A stretch of DNA of 64,000 nucleotides from positions 40,885 to 104,884 of the IMG/VR virus record IMGVR_UViG_2816332575_000002. One strand, 5' to 3'. Source of the stretch: a virus (Duplodnaviria > Caudoviricetes). The translations under genes were made by a program, and so were the position numbers. Of the stretch, positions 36,982-47,585 are shown in pieces. Positions within the stretch are counted from its first letter, which is position 1, and every line of letters starts with the position of its first letter. The notes under the pieces were generated by a model. That model worked only from the letters and a program-made list of their open reading frames with translations, was not told the DNA's origin and did not search any database.

Positions 36982-38616
36982 GTGTTCACCGGCAAACTGC
37001 ACCCGTATCAAGAGGTCGACTTCTCGCGAATAGTCGAGAGAGGCTCCATGCTGTGCGCCTACACCATGGGGCTCGGCAAGACCGTGCTGTCTATAGCCGT
37101 CATGGAGGAGTGGCTCGCTCAGGACGATGTCGAGACCTGCATGATCGTGGTACCCGCGTCTCTGAAGTGGCAGTGGGCCGAGGCGCTGGCCCGCTTCACC
37201 GACGTGCCCACCAAGCGGCGTCCGGTGGGGCGGGCTTTCGTCGTGGTCCCGGACGACTCCGCCTGTGTCGTGGTCGACGGCTCGAAGGCCCAGAAAGAGC
37301 GGCAGTACGAGCAGATCCTGGCGCAGCAGCCGGAGTACGTGATTCTCAGCTACGAGGCCGTCATCCACGACTGGCAGCGCGTACGGAAGATTCGGCCGGA
37401 CGCAGTGGTTCTGGACGAGGCGAGTTTCATCAAGAGCTTCCGGGCACAGCGGTCGAAGAAGCTGAAGCGGCTCACGGCCAGCTACCGGCTCGGCCTGTCT
37501 GGCACCGTCATCGACAACGGCCAGCCCGAGGAACTGTTCTCCATCTTTGAATGGGTGGATCCCGAGGTGCTCGGCCGCTGGGACCTCTTCGACGCGGCCT
37601 TCATTCAACGCTCCCGCACCGGAATCCCACTGGCGTACAAGAACCTGCCGCTGCTGCACAAGAAGCTGCGGACGGCGATGATCCGCCGGACCTACCGAGA
37701 TCCTGACGTGGCGCCTTTCATGCCGGCGGTCCGGGAGAAGGAGTTGCCGGTGCGGCTTGATGGCCAGACGCGGGCGGCCTACGCCCACATCGCCCGCGAC
37801 CTCCTGGACGAGCTGGACAAGCTGGGTGGCGCTGGGCAGAGCCTGGACCTGGCCGCGTTGTACGCCGGGCGAGCAGACACCGGAACCGCTGTCCAGGGCC
37901 GGGTCATGGCTCGCCTCAGCGCCCTTCAGATGCTCTTGAACTACCCATCGCTGCTACTGGATTCGGCGGACGCCTACATGGCCGGGGAGGGCGGAAGCCA
38001 GTACGCCGCGCAGCTCATGGAGGCTGGCGTGCTCCAAGGACTGGGTTCCCCGAAGTTCGATGCCGTCACTCATTACCTCCGACGGCGCCTGCTGGCCGAC
38101 GCGGACCTGAAGATCGTGCTCTTCGCCTTTCACAAGGGCGTGCTGCCGCGGCTGGCTCAGGCCCTGGAGCAGTGGGGGTCGGTGCAGTTCACCGGCGACA
38201 TGAATGCCAGGCAGAAGGCAGAGTCCAAGGCCCTCTTCGCCCACGATCCAGCGGTACGGCTCTTCCTCGCCAGTGATGCCGGCGGGTATGGCTTGGACCT
38301 GCCGCAGGCCCGGTTGCTGATCAACTTCGATCAGCGGGACTCCGCCGGCGCCATGGACCAGCGCAACAGCAGACACGTGCGGGCCAGCTCCGAGTTCGCG
38401 GAGGTAGAGGTCGTTCACGTGCTGGCCGAGGACACGATCGAGGAGCGGCGAATGGAGCGGCTGACCGTGAAGCGGCGTACGACCGGCGCCATCCTCGATG
38501 GCCGCGGCGCTGATAAGGACGGGCGCGTGGTCAGCGATGCGGAATCGCTGCGTGTCCATCTGGAGCGCTTCCTCAGCGCTGACACGGCGAAGTTGGCGTC
38601 ACATCTGGCGGCCTAA
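36982..38616 (+). CDS. SNF2-like SF2 helicase
   Basis: MGLGKT, DEAS, LSGT, GGYGLDL, QRxxRxxR. Confidence 0.9.
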   Translation: MFTGKLHPYQEVDFSRIVERGSMLCAYTMGLGKTVLSIAVMEEWLAQDDVETCMIVVPASLKWQWAEALARFTDVPTKRRPVGRAFVVVPDDSACVVVDGSKAQKERQYEQILAQQPEYVILSYEAVIHDWQRVRKIRPDAVVLDEASFIKSFRAQRSKKLKRLTASYRLGLSGTVIDNGQPEELFSIFEWVDPEVLGRWDLFDAAFIQRSRTGIPLAYKNLPLLHKKLRTAMIRRTYRDPDVAPFMPAVREKELPVRLDGQTRAAYAHIARDLLDELDKLGGAGQSLDLAALYAGRADTGTAVQGRVMARLSALQMLLNYPSLLLDSADAYMAGEGGSQYAAQLMEAGVLQGLGSPKFDAVTHYLRRRLLADADLKIVLFAFHKGVLPRLAQALEQWGSVQFTGDMNARQKAESKALFAHDPAVRLFLASDAGGYGLDLPQARLLINFDQRDSAGAMDQRNSRHVRASSEFAEVEVVHVLAEDTIEERRMERLTVKRRTTGAILDGRGADKDGRVVSDAESLRVHLERFLSADTAKLASHLAA

Positions 38617-38826
38617 GCGCTCGGCAACAGTTGATACACGCAGGCGGTTTGCAAGCTGCAAGATGCACTTTGACCTGCATGTTCTCCGGTTAGTCGGTTT
38701 GGGTCTGACGGGCTCTGACACGCAAGCGTGCAACTTATGTGCTCCTATTGTGCAGGTGCACAGTTCATGTAATGTGCTCCTGCCGCTGGTCAAGCGGAAC
38801 GGCATTCAGCAAGCCAGAGGAGACCC

Positions 38827-39288
38827 ATGCAGTTCAGCGACGCCCCCGTTACCCGCACCGCCGCCACGTCCGAAACCGACCTGGAACGCCTGGCTGCCGC
38901 GTACACGTACATCCGCAACCGCGTCGAGCCTCAGACGGCGGAGCTGAACCAGCTGAAGAAGAAGTTGAGCGCCATGACGCAGCAGCTCGGCGTCCGCGAC
39001 GAAAACGGCTCCTACACCGTCGCCCTCCAGCGCTCCTACGACGTGGGCGACAAGCGGGTCTCCGGACTGAAGTGGCAGCGCTCAGTGACGAGGATCGCTG
39101 ACGAGGAGGCCGCAGAGCGCATCGCCAAGAAGAAGAAGTGCACCGGCCGCCTCTTCCCCCGCCAGCCCGTCTTCGACCCGCAGGAGGTCTACGTCCTCTT
39201 CCAGGAAGGGCGCCTCACCGAAGAGGAAGTCGACGAGATATTCCCCGAGAAGGAGACCTTCTCCTTCGTCCTCGTGAAGGAGCAGTAG
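38827..39288 (+). CDS. Phage hypothetical protein
   Basis: GAGGAG RBS; strong codon bias. Confidence 0.7.
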   Translation: MQFSDAPVTRTAATSETDLERLAAAYTYIRNRVEPQTAELNQLKKKLSAMTQQLGVRDENGSYTVALQRSYDVGDKRVSGLKWQRSVTRIADEEAAERIAKKKKCTGRLFPRQPVFDPQEVYVLFQEGRLTEEEVDEIFPEKETFSFVLVKEQ

Positions 39289-39291
39289 GAG

Positions 39292-39789
39292 ATGCGCGAC
39301 TGGGAGCGAGAATTCGCTGTCATCGCGGGCGGCCAGAAACAGAACGCCCCCGCCTACTACCCCGGGTCCAACCGACGCATCCGAAGCGTCAACCCGGCCA
39401 CCATGCGCCTGGTCACACCCGAACCCGAGCCGGAAGTCACCTGGGATGCCAAGCCACGCATCTACCGACTCGGCGGTGAACTGAAGGAATTCTTCTCCAT
39501 CGGGCACCTTGCTCTCGCGCTCAACCGCCGCCCGGTCACCATCCGCAAGTGGGAGCGCCTCGGCATCATCCCCGCCCCCACCTTCGTTGTCCGCGGCAAG
39601 TCGCCCCGAGGCGACCGGCGACTCTACACCCGCGCCCAGGTCGAAGGAATGATCCGCATCGCCACGGAAGAAAACATCCTCCACCACGAGGGCGAAGGTA
39701 TCCACATTTCCACCACTAACTTCTCTACGCGCGTTGTCGCACTCTTTAAGGACCTGTCCGAAACGACTGAGGGAGATCGCGCTGCATGA
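39292..39789 (+). CDS. MerR-like HTH DNA-binding protein
   Basis: FSIGHLAxALxxxPVTIRKWERLGIIP...RRLYT. Confidence 0.8.
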   Translation: MRDWEREFAVIAGGQKQNAPAYYPGSNRRIRSVNPATMRLVTPEPEPEVTWDAKPRIYRLGGELKEFFSIGHLALALNRRPVTIRKWERLGIIPAPTFVVRGKSPRGDRRLYTRAQVEGMIRIATEENILHHEGEGIHISTTNFSTRVVALFKDLSETTEGDRAA

Positions 39790-40022
39790 CCGTTGCCGTT
39801 AAGCGCCTGACCGAGCGATACAACATGGGCAGCTATGAGCACATCGAAGTAACCGCCGAAGTCGAATACGACCCCGAGGCCACGGACATCGTCGAAGTCG
39901 AAGACCAGCTCGACGTAATGCTCGCCCGCGAACGCCTCCTCGCCCGGCAGCACACCACCGAGGAGAACAGCCTCGCCCACGTCCACCCGGCCCTGACCAA
40001 GCCGCACACCAAGAGGAGCTAA
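39786..40022 (+). CDS. Phage hypothetical protein
   Basis: Coupled; NMGSYEHIEV. Confidence 0.6.
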   Translation: MTVAVKRLTERYNMGSYEHIEVTAEVEYDPEATDIVEVEDQLDVMLARERLLARQHTTEENSLAHVHPALTKPHTKRS

Positions 40023-40024
40023 CC

Positions 40025-40942
40025 ATGGCGCGCAGAGCGACGTTCGCCGATGACGATCTCGACGAGACCATTTCGGAGGAACGGCCCCGCCGCTCCAGGC
40101 ATGCAGACGATGACGACCGGCCGCGGAAGCGTCCCCGCCGGCCCACCTTCGATGAGGACGATGAGGACGTGGAGGAGCGCCCCAAGCCGCGGCGCTCCCG
40201 TACTTCTGAGGACGACGAGTCCGAGCGTCCCAAGCGACGTCCGCGCGGCCGGCGGAGTGCTGATGACGAAGACGAGGGCCGGCCGACTGCCCGGAAGAAC
40301 GCAGCACGGCAGGCCGCAGCTGGCGGCTGGGACAGCTTCGACGCACTGGGCAGCGGCGACAAGGGCGATTTCGAGGCCAAGAACGCCCTGCGGCTGAAGA
40401 TCACAAATGATCCGACGCTGATCAAGCTGCTCGACTCGGCGCCCTTCGACAGCATGGGCGTGCACTGGGTGCAGGAGATCAAGTCAGGCAAGCGGAGTTT
40501 CCGGTGTCCCGGCGAGAACTGCTCCCTGTGCGACGACCTGGACCACTACGCCCGCAAGCTGGCCTACTTCAACGTGGCCGCCTTCGACGAGGACACCGAG
40601 CAGTGGGAAAACCGCGTCTGGGAAGTTGGCGTCAAGCTCGGCCGTAAGCTCAAGGCCCTGAATGAGGACAAGAAGCGCGGGCCCATCGACAAGCCTACGC
40701 TGTACTTCTCCATCTCCAAGACTGGCAAGGGTACCTCCACCGAGTACCACCTCGACGCTGTCAAGGCGCGCGACCTCGATGAGGACTGGGGTGTCGACGA
40801 GATCGACGAGAAGACCTACAAGGCTCTGAACGAGAATCGATTCACTGAGCAGTGGGAGCGCATCAGCAAGCCCGAGGAACTGCGCCGTGTCGTGAAGCGG
40901 CTGCTGGACGACTCTGAAGACGACGAGGACGACGACTACTAA
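40025..40942 (+). CDS. Single-stranded DNA-binding protein (gp32-like)
   Basis: HWV..C..CxxC Zn site, acidic C-terminal tail, adjacent to the polymerase. Confidence 0.7.
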   Translation: MARRATFADDDLDETISEERPRRSRHADDDDRPRKRPRRPTFDEDDEDVEERPKPRRSRTSEDDESERPKRRPRGRRSADDEDEGRPTARKNAARQAAAGGWDSFDALGSGDKGDFEAKNALRLKITNDPTLIKLLDSAPFDSMGVHWVQEIKSGKRSFRCPGENCSLCDDLDHYARKLAYFNVAAFDEDTEQWENRVWEVGVKLGRKLKALNEDKKRGPIDKPTLYFSISKTGKGTSTEYHLDAVKARDLDEDWGVDEIDEKTYKALNENRFTEQWERISKPEELRRVVKRLLDDSEDDEDDDY

Positions 40943-40967
40943 GCCCCTTTCGCGTCCCTACCCGACC

Positions 40968-41006
40968 GGCCCGCCTCTGTGTCCCCCAGCAGGGAGGCGG
41001 GCCTTT
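40968..41006 (+). terminator. Terminator-like hairpin
   Basis: GGCCCGCCTC...GAGGCGGGCC followed by TTT. Confidence 0.55.
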
Positions 41007-41024
41007 CAGTGCCGAGAGCGGTTA

Positions 41025-43016
41025 ATGAGTCACGTCATCCTCACCAAAGAAGACCTCACCGAAGCAGTCGAGTACTTCAAGCGCCAGGATGCCTACGCCT
41101 TCGATGTGGAGACCGTCGGAGAGCACCGCGGCGTCCCCAGTCAGAACCAGGTCACGTGGCTGTCCATGGCCACCTACGGAGCGACCGTCGTCATCCCGAT
41201 GGGACATCCCAACGGCGACACGCTGATCTCCAAGGCCACCCGGAAGAAGAACAAGCAGACCGGGAAGTTCGATGCCATCCCCGCAGTTTGGGATGAGCCG
41301 CCGGCCCAGCTCCGGCCGAGTCAAGTCTTCGAGGCCCTGGAGCCACTTCTCTTCCAGGAGCGCTACCGAAAAATCGCGCAGGGGGCGGTATTCGACCTCG
41401 TCAGCGTCGCCAAGTACTACGACGAGCAGCCTCCCGTGCCTCGGTACGGCTGCACCCTCGTAGCGTCCTGGCTCCTGGACGAGAACCGGCTCAACGGTCT
41501 CAAACCCCGGGTGATCGAGGAGTACGGCCACAAGTACGACACGGAGAACGTCGGCAAACGCGTAGAAATCCACCCGTTCTCTAAGATCGCCCGCTACGCG
41601 TACCTCGACGCCCGCTACACCTGGCTGCTGTGGCAGAAGATGGTCCCGCTGCTCCAGGCCGAGGGCCTCTCCCGCGCCATGAGCATGGAGCTTCAAGTCC
41701 TTCAGGCCCTGCTCGACATGGCGCTCACCGGCGCACCGGTCGACATCGAGGCCCTGCGACGGCTGGACGTGGACCTGGCCCGCCAGCTCGAAGGGATCGT
41801 CGAGAGGGTCTACAAGGCCGCGGGCAAGGTCTTCAACATCAACTCCTCGCAGCAGAAGGCCGACATCCTCTTCGGTATGAAGTCGGCCGGCGGGCAGGGT
41901 ATCAAGCCCCGCAAGCTGACCAAGGGCGGTAAGAAGAAGCGCCGCGACGGCGAGAAACCCACCCTCTACGACTACTCCACCGACGCCGAAGAGCTAAAGC
42001 GGCACAGCGACAATCCGGTCTGCGCCACGCTCCTCGAATACCAGGAAGTCAACAAGCTCCACGGCACGTATGTGCAGGGCTACCTGGGCAACGAAAAAGA
42101 AGGAAAGCCGTCGATCATCTTCGACGGAAGCATTTTCCCCACCTTCAAACAGTACGGGACCGTGACCGGCCGCTTCAGTGCCTCAGAGCCGAACCTCCAG
42201 AACGTCCCCAGACCCGGTACCGAGCTGGGCAAGGCCGTCCGCGGCCTGTTCATTGCCCCTCCGGGGAAGGCCCCGGTTCTCACAGACGCTGGGGCACGGG
42301 AGCTGGGCTGGAAGTTGCTGGTAGCGGATTACGGGCAGATTGAGCTGCGCGTCATCGCTCACTTCCTTGGCTATGGAGCTTGGTACGACGGCTTCCATGC
42401 AGGCATAGATGCGCACACCGCCACCGCCTCCGCCGTCTTCGGCGTAAGCCCCGAGAAAGTGACGACCGACCAGCGCAACCGATCCAAGACCCTCGCCTTC
42501 GCCGTACTGTTCGGGGCGGAAGCCGAAACGGTAGCCAAATCGATGGGAGCCTCTGTGGCAGAGGCGGAAGACTTCCTCGCCCTCCAGGCGCGCACCATGC
42601 CTGAGGTCGGGAAATTCAAGGCGTGGCTCATCAGAGACGCGCTGAGTCACGAGGTCCCACACATCCGCACGCTCATCGGACGCAAGCGCCGACTGCCGGA
42701 CCTGGCCAGCTCGGTGCGATGGATTCGTGCTCGTGCAGAGCGGCAGCTCCTCAACTCATTGGTCCAGGGATCGGCCGCCGACATCAACAAACTCGCGCTC
42801 ATTCGCATGGGGCACTTGTGCCGGCAAAACAGAGAATGGTTGCGCCTGAGCCTCACAGTGCACGATGAGCTGGTGGTCCACTGTCGAGAGGACAAAACCG
42901 AAGAAGGGGCCGCGCTGCTCCAGCAGGCAATGATCGGAACGGAAATTCAGAAGCTGATCAAAGTGCCCCTCACCGCGGACGTCAAGGTGTGCGACCGATG
43001 GTCGGAGGCAAAGTGA
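41025..43016 (+). CDS. Phage family A DNA polymerase with 3'-5' exonuclease
   Basis: FDVET, YAYLD, TGRFS..PNLQN, ADYGQIELR, VQGSAAD, VHDEL. Confidence 0.95.
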   Translation: MSHVILTKEDLTEAVEYFKRQDAYAFDVETVGEHRGVPSQNQVTWLSMATYGATVVIPMGHPNGDTLISKATRKKNKQTGKFDAIPAVWDEPPAQLRPSQVFEALEPLLFQERYRKIAQGAVFDLVSVAKYYDEQPPVPRYGCTLVASWLLDENRLNGLKPRVIEEYGHKYDTENVGKRVEIHPFSKIARYAYLDARYTWLLWQKMVPLLQAEGLSRAMSMELQVLQALLDMALTGAPVDIEALRRLDVDLARQLEGIVERVYKAAGKVFNINSSQQKADILFGMKSAGGQGIKPRKLTKGGKKKRRDGEKPTLYDYSTDAEELKRHSDNPVCATLLEYQEVNKLHGTYVQGYLGNEKEGKPSIIFDGSIFPTFKQYGTVTGRFSASEPNLQNVPRPGTELGKAVRGLFIAPPGKAPVLTDAGARELGWKLLVADYGQIELRVIAHFLGYGAWYDGFHAGIDAHTATASAVFGVSPEKVTTDQRNRSKTLAFAVLFGAEAETVAKSMGASVAEAEDFLALQARTMPEVGKFKAWLIRDALSHEVPHIRTLIGRKRRLPDLASSVRWIRARAERQLLNSLVQGSAADINKLALIRMGHLCRQNREWLRLSLTVHDELVVHCREDKTEEGAALLQQAMIGTEIQKLIKVPLTADVKVCDRWSEAK

Positions 43017-43040
43017 TGACTAACTATCAGGAGACTCAAG

Positions 43041-43370
43041 ATGAGTAATTTCTGGGCACGAGCCGTAGGAGCACCCACACCGCCGGCACAGGCAACCCCA
43101 TCGAGCGCACCGCAGCCCGCACCTCCCTCAGCGGCTCCGACAAAGGCACAGTCGGCCGCGTCCGTATCCCGCTGTCCCAACTGTGCGAGCGGCAATTACA
43201 TGGCTCCGCCGACCGCCCCCGCGGCGCTCCGCTGTTACGACTGTGGCTACCCGAAGCTCCACTCCACCTCCGGCATGGTCGCCTCATCCTCCGACGGCGA
43301 TCCCAAGCCCGCCCGGGGACAGGTGGCAGGAAGCGCTTCCCTTAGCAGCATCGTCGGCCGCGTCGGATAA
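43041..43370 (+). CDS. Zn-ribbon hypothetical protein
   Basis: CPNC...CYDCGYP. Confidence 0.65.
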   Translation: MSNFWARAVGAPTPPAQATPSSAPQPAPPSAAPTKAQSAASVSRCPNCASGNYMAPPTAPAALRCYDCGYPKLHSTSGMVASSSDGDPKPARGQVAGSASLSSIVGRVG

Positions 43371-43384
43371 CCAAGGACCCCCAC

Positions 43385-45316
43385 ATGACTCTCATAGACA
43401 GCAGCGGCGACCTCGCCGACCCCTACCAGGCATACATCGCCAAGAGCCGCTACGCCCGCTGGCGGGACGACGTAGGCCGGCGCGAGACCTGGACCGAGAC
43501 CGTCGACCGCTACTTCGCCTTCATGACCGACCACCTCAAGACCAAGCACGGCTACATCCCGGACAAAGCGCTCGCCTACTCGCTGCGCCAGGCCGTACTC
43601 AACCACGAGGTGCTGCCGTCGATGCGCGCCATGATGACGGCCGGAGGAGCACTCGACCTGTCCGCCATCGCGGGATACAACTGCGCGTACACACCGCTGG
43701 ACGACCTCCGAGCCTTCTCCGAAGTCCTCTTCATCCTGCTCAATGGCACCGGCGTGGGCTTCTCCGTCGAACGCCGCTACGTCGACCAGCTCCCGCCCGT
43801 CGCCCACCCCCAGCTCGACCTCGGCACAGTGCTGTGGGTGGGCGACAGCAAGCTCGGCTGGGCTGAGGCTTTTGCCGCCCTGCTGGACATGGTGTGGATT
43901 CAGGGCCGCGTCCCCACGGTCAACTACGACCGCATCCGACCCGCCGGCTCCAGGCTGAAGACGTTCGGCGGCCGTGCGTCAGGGCCGGAGCCGCTGAAGG
44001 ATCTGTTCGAGTTCACCGTGGAGCTGCTGCGTGTCGCCCAGGGCCGGAAGTTGCGGCCGATCGAAGCTCATGATCTGGCGTGCAAGGTGGCGTCGGTGGT
44101 GGTGGTTGGTGGTGTGCGCCGGTCGGCGATGATCAGCCTCTCCGACCTGGACGACCAGGAGATGGCCCAGGCAAAAGCGGGGGAGTGGTGGATCGCCCAC
44201 CCCTACCGGGCCCTTGCCAACAACTCCGCCGTCTACCACGACACCGTCACTCGGGAGCAGTTCGACGCCGAGTGGCAGACGCTGCGGGAATCGGGCAGCG
44301 GTGAGCGCGGGATCTTCCACCGAGACGCGGCCCGCAGGATCGCCGCGCGCTGGGGCCGGCGGGACGCCGACACCGAGTACGGCACCAACCCGTGCAGCGA
44401 GATCATCCTGCGCCCTCGGTCCTTCTGCAACCTGTCCACCGTCGTCGTACGCCCGCAGGACGACCTGCTCGACCTGAAGCGCAAGATCAGCCTGGCGGCG
44501 ATCCTCGGCACCTGGCAGGCAACTCTGACCGACTTCCCCTTCCTGCGTGAGGAATGGTCACGCAACGCGGAAGAGGAGCGCCTCCTGGGCGCCTCTATGA
44601 CCGGGATTTTCGGAAACCCGCTCCTGGTGGACGGCCACGGTCGCCAGCTGAAGAACGACGTGCTGGAACAACTGCGCCACGAAGCCCGCGTCGCCAACGA
44701 GCTGGAGGCGGAGCTGCTTGGCATTCCGGCCTCGGCTGCCATCACCGCGGTCAAGCCTGAGGGCACGACGTCTCAAATGACCGGTGTGTCGTCCGGCCTG
44801 CATCCGCCGCACAGCCCCTACTGGGTGCGGACCGTGCGCAGCGATGTGAAGGACCCCATCTCGGACTTCCTCATCGACTCCGGCGTTCCCTACGAGAAGG
44901 ACGTACTCAACGATACGAATTGGGTCTTCTCGTTCCCCCAGCGGGCCGCTGCCGGCGCTCTGACGCGAGACGACCTGAGCGCTGTTGAGCACCTGGAACT
45001 GTGGCTCGACTACCAGCGCCATTACTGCGAGCACAAGCCGTCCGTGACGGTGTCCGTCCGAGAAACGGAGTGGGACGGGGTACGAGAATGGGTGTGGCAG
45101 CACATCGACGAGATGTCAGGAGTATCGTTTCTTCCCTTCTCTAACCATACGTATCAGCAGGCGCCTTACCAGGAGTGCCAGGAAGACGCTTACCGTGAGC
45201 TGAAGAGCAAGATGCCGCGTTTGTTCTGGTCGGAGCTGGTGCATTACGAGACCTCGGACCAGACCATCGGGTCGCAGGAATTGGCCTGCGCAGCAGACGG
45301 ATGTGATCTGAAGTAG
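43385..45316 (+). CDS. nrdJ: Class II (adenosylcobalamin) ribonucleotide reductase
   Basis: YNC, GGVRRSA, NPCSEI, VKPEGT, C-terminal CxxxxC; no beta subunit gene nearby. Confidence 0.92.
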   Translation: MTLIDSSGDLADPYQAYIAKSRYARWRDDVGRRETWTETVDRYFAFMTDHLKTKHGYIPDKALAYSLRQAVLNHEVLPSMRAMMTAGGALDLSAIAGYNCAYTPLDDLRAFSEVLFILLNGTGVGFSVERRYVDQLPPVAHPQLDLGTVLWVGDSKLGWAEAFAALLDMVWIQGRVPTVNYDRIRPAGSRLKTFGGRASGPEPLKDLFEFTVELLRVAQGRKLRPIEAHDLACKVASVVVVGGVRRSAMISLSDLDDQEMAQAKAGEWWIAHPYRALANNSAVYHDTVTREQFDAEWQTLRESGSGERGIFHRDAARRIAARWGRRDADTEYGTNPCSEIILRPRSFCNLSTVVVRPQDDLLDLKRKISLAAILGTWQATLTDFPFLREEWSRNAEEERLLGASMTGIFGNPLLVDGHGRQLKNDVLEQLRHEARVANELEAELLGIPASAAITAVKPEGTTSQMTGVSSGLHPPHSPYWVRTVRSDVKDPISDFLIDSGVPYEKDVLNDTNWVFSFPQRAAAGALTRDDLSAVEHLELWLDYQRHYCEHKPSVTVSVRETEWDGVREWVWQHIDEMSGVSFLPFSNHTYQQAPYQECQEDAYRELKSKMPRLFWSELVHYETSDQTIGSQELACAADGCDLK

Positions 45317-45325
45317 GAGGAACTT

Positions 45326-45508
45326 ATGGCAAGCGAAGCCGAAGCGGCGGTAGCCGCAGCCCTGAAGAGCGTGTCCTCGGGACTGGAAGACCGGATGGAA
45401 CACTTCTCTGCTGACTACGACCCGGAAGGCGACGAGGCAAACTACCCCTGGGCGCTGGGCGAGCTGGCAGATGAGCTGCGCCTCGCAGCGGACGACATCA
45501 CCGCTTAG
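45326..45508 (+). CDS. Small acidic hypothetical protein
   Basis: AGGAGG RBS. Confidence 0.6.
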   Translation: MASEAEAAVAAALKSVSSGLEDRMEHFSADYDPEGDEANYPWALGELADELRLAADDITA

Positions 45509-45526
45509 CAACTCCAGTTGGTAAGT

Positions 45527-45553
45527 AAGCCCCCGAACCTGGCTCGGGGGCTT
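45527..45553 (+). terminator. Terminator-like hairpin
   Basis: AAGCCCCCGA...TCGGGGGCTT. Confidence 0.6.
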
Positions 45554-45695
45554 CTCCATGCCACAGCTCTTTACCTTTTCGTGACGGAGGGTACCAACAT
45601 TAGCTTGAGACATTAAGCGGCAGTCGCGCATAGTCTCCTCGCATCGAAATCGCAGGTAAACCCACTTGCCTGGCAATGATGAGGGGAGGACATTC

Positions 45696-46760
45696 ATGGC
45701 CCTGACCGATGAAGCGGTCGCTCTCATGGCCAAGATAAACAAGCAGTACGGAGCAGGAAGCCTCGTTGTAGCCAGCTCCCTTAAGAACTCCGGGCAGCTC
45801 CCTACAGGAATTCTGTCCCTTGACCTGATCCTCGGCGGCGGGTTCCCTCGCAATCAGTGGAGCGAGGTCATCGGGATGGAAGGCAGTGGAAAGACAACTG
45901 TCTGCCACAAGCTCATATCCCACAATCAGGCGGCTAACCCGGACTTCACTGCGCTGTGGATCGCGGCCGAGGCGTACGACAGAGACCAGGCCGCCATGAT
46001 CGGAGCCAACCCCGACCAGGTCATCGTCCACGCCACCAACCGGATGGAAGAGGCTTTCCAGGTCGCCATCGATGCGGCCGAGGCCCGTGCCGTCGACCTC
46101 ATCGTCCTGGACTCCTACCCCGCCCTGGTGCCAGACGGCGAAGCCGAAAAGGACATGGACGAGGCATCCATGACGCTCGGCGCCCGGCTCATGGGAAAGT
46201 TCTTCCGGAAGGTCGGCAAGGAAACCGGCCGCGCCACAACGGACGACACTCGCCCCGTCACCGGAATCATCATCAATCAGTGGCGCGAGAAGATCGGCGG
46301 CTTCTCCCCGCAGGGCACCCCCAAGACCACACCCGGCGGTCTCGCGAAGAACTTCGCCTACTACTCACGCGTCGAAGTCTCACGAGCTGACTGGATAGAC
46401 GAAGCGCGCCCCGGAAAGGGAAAGGCCCGCATCGGCCAGGTCATGCGCTTCCGCACCATCAAGAACAAACAGATCGCCGGGCAGAAGGTCTCGGAGACCG
46501 ACTACTACTTCGAAGACGCCAAGACCACCGCGCTCCGCGCCGGCGACTTCGACATCGGCAAAGACCTCTATCTGTGGGCGCTCTTCTACGACATCCTCAC
46601 CCGCCGCGGCAGCTACTTCGATTTCGGTTCCCACACCTGGAAGGGCAAGGACCCGGTCCTCGCCGCCATCCGAGAAGACCTCGACCTCCAGGAAGAACTC
46701 AAACAAGCTGTACTCACGGCCGCAGACCCACGTACCCACCAAGCCCTGGAGGCAGCATGA
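45696..46760 (+). CDS. recA: Phage RecA-like recombinase
   Basis: TGILSLD..LGGG.P, GMEGSGKTT, IVLDS, INQWR, TPGG.A..F. Confidence 0.9.
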   Translation: MALTDEAVALMAKINKQYGAGSLVVASSLKNSGQLPTGILSLDLILGGGFPRNQWSEVIGMEGSGKTTVCHKLISHNQAANPDFTALWIAAEAYDRDQAAMIGANPDQVIVHATNRMEEAFQVAIDAAEARAVDLIVLDSYPALVPDGEAEKDMDEASMTLGARLMGKFFRKVGKETGRATTDDTRPVTGIIINQWREKIGGFSPQGTPKTTPGGLAKNFAYYSRVEVSRADWIDEARPGKGKARIGQVMRFRTIKNKQIAGQKVSETDYYFEDAKTTALRAGDFDIGKDLYLWALFYDILTRRGSYFDFGSHTWKGKDPVLAAIREDLDLQEELKQAVLTAADPRTHQALEAA

Positions 46761-46912
46761 TCCTGACCATCCTGTGGTTTCTCGACGCCCTGCTCGCCAT
46801 CAACGCCATCGCGTGTTTCGTCTCAGCCTGGATGGCCCGGAGCGACTGCCGGCACATGCAGGAGATTTTCGACGAGCTGGTGAAGCGTCGAGACAGCCCG
46901 GAGAAGCCATGA
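46757..46912 (+). CDS. Small membrane protein
   Basis: ATGA-coupled on both sides; hydrophobic N-terminus. Confidence 0.55.
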   Translation: MILTILWFLDALLAINAIACFVSAWMARSDCRHMQEIFDELVKRRDSPEKP

Positions 46913-47226
46913 CCGTCAGCGGCACCAAGCGCAGCCAGCGCCAGGAGCAGCGACTAGCTACCCGGTACGACGGCCGGTGCAACCCCGGCTCGGGCAACGG
47001 CTGGATCTTCAAGAACGACGTTCGCTCCGATCGGTTCTCTTTCGAAGCAAAAACCACGACGAAGAAGTCCTACCCCCTGAAGCTTGACGAGCTGCTGGCC
47101 GCGGAGAAGCACGCACTGATCTCCGGTCGGGAGATGGTCTTCGTCACCGAAATCGGCGGACGCAACTGGATGACAGTCAGCCAGGACACTTTCGACTTCC
47201 TTGTGGAAGAGAGCGGCGATAGCTAG
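46909..47226 (+). CDS. PD-(D/E)XK Holliday junction resolvase-like nuclease
   Basis: E..LA, PGSG, DV, FEAK. Confidence 0.7.
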   Translation: MTVSGTKRSQRQEQRLATRYDGRCNPGSGNGWIFKNDVRSDRFSFEAKTTTKKSYPLKLDELLAAEKHALISGREMVFVTEIGGRNWMTVSQDTFDFLVEESGDS

Positions 47227-47585
47227 TGGCTCTCTTCTCCCGCAAGGCAGCGCCTGACTGGAGCGCGGGAGACGATCCAGAAGCAGAAGCGAAGTGCCGG
47301 AAGTTCCCTACGCCTCATACCAACAAGAACGATCCGTGGTTCCACGATATGAACCACGCGCGCGACATCTGCAACGGCACTAATGACGGTGTCGTCTGCC
47401 CGATGCGTTCCTTGTGCCTGACGCAAGCCATGGTCAACTGCGAACGCAACGGCGTCTGGGGCGGCCTCGGACAGCACGAACTCGGATTCATGCGCAAGAA
47501 GTACCGACACCACCCCGAGAAGTGGCAACGCGTCCACAGCCTCCTCCTCGCCATCGCTGATGCAAAGGAGAAAGCCCGTGACTGA
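47226..47585 (+). CDS. WhiB-family transcription factor
   Basis: Four Cys residues plus GVWGGL. Confidence 0.85.
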   Translation: MALFSRKAAPDWSAGDDPEAEAKCRKFPTPHTNKNDPWFHDMNHARDICNGTNDGVVCPMRSLCLTQAMVNCERNGVWGGLGQHELGFMRKKYRHHPEKWQRVHSLLLAIADAKEKARD

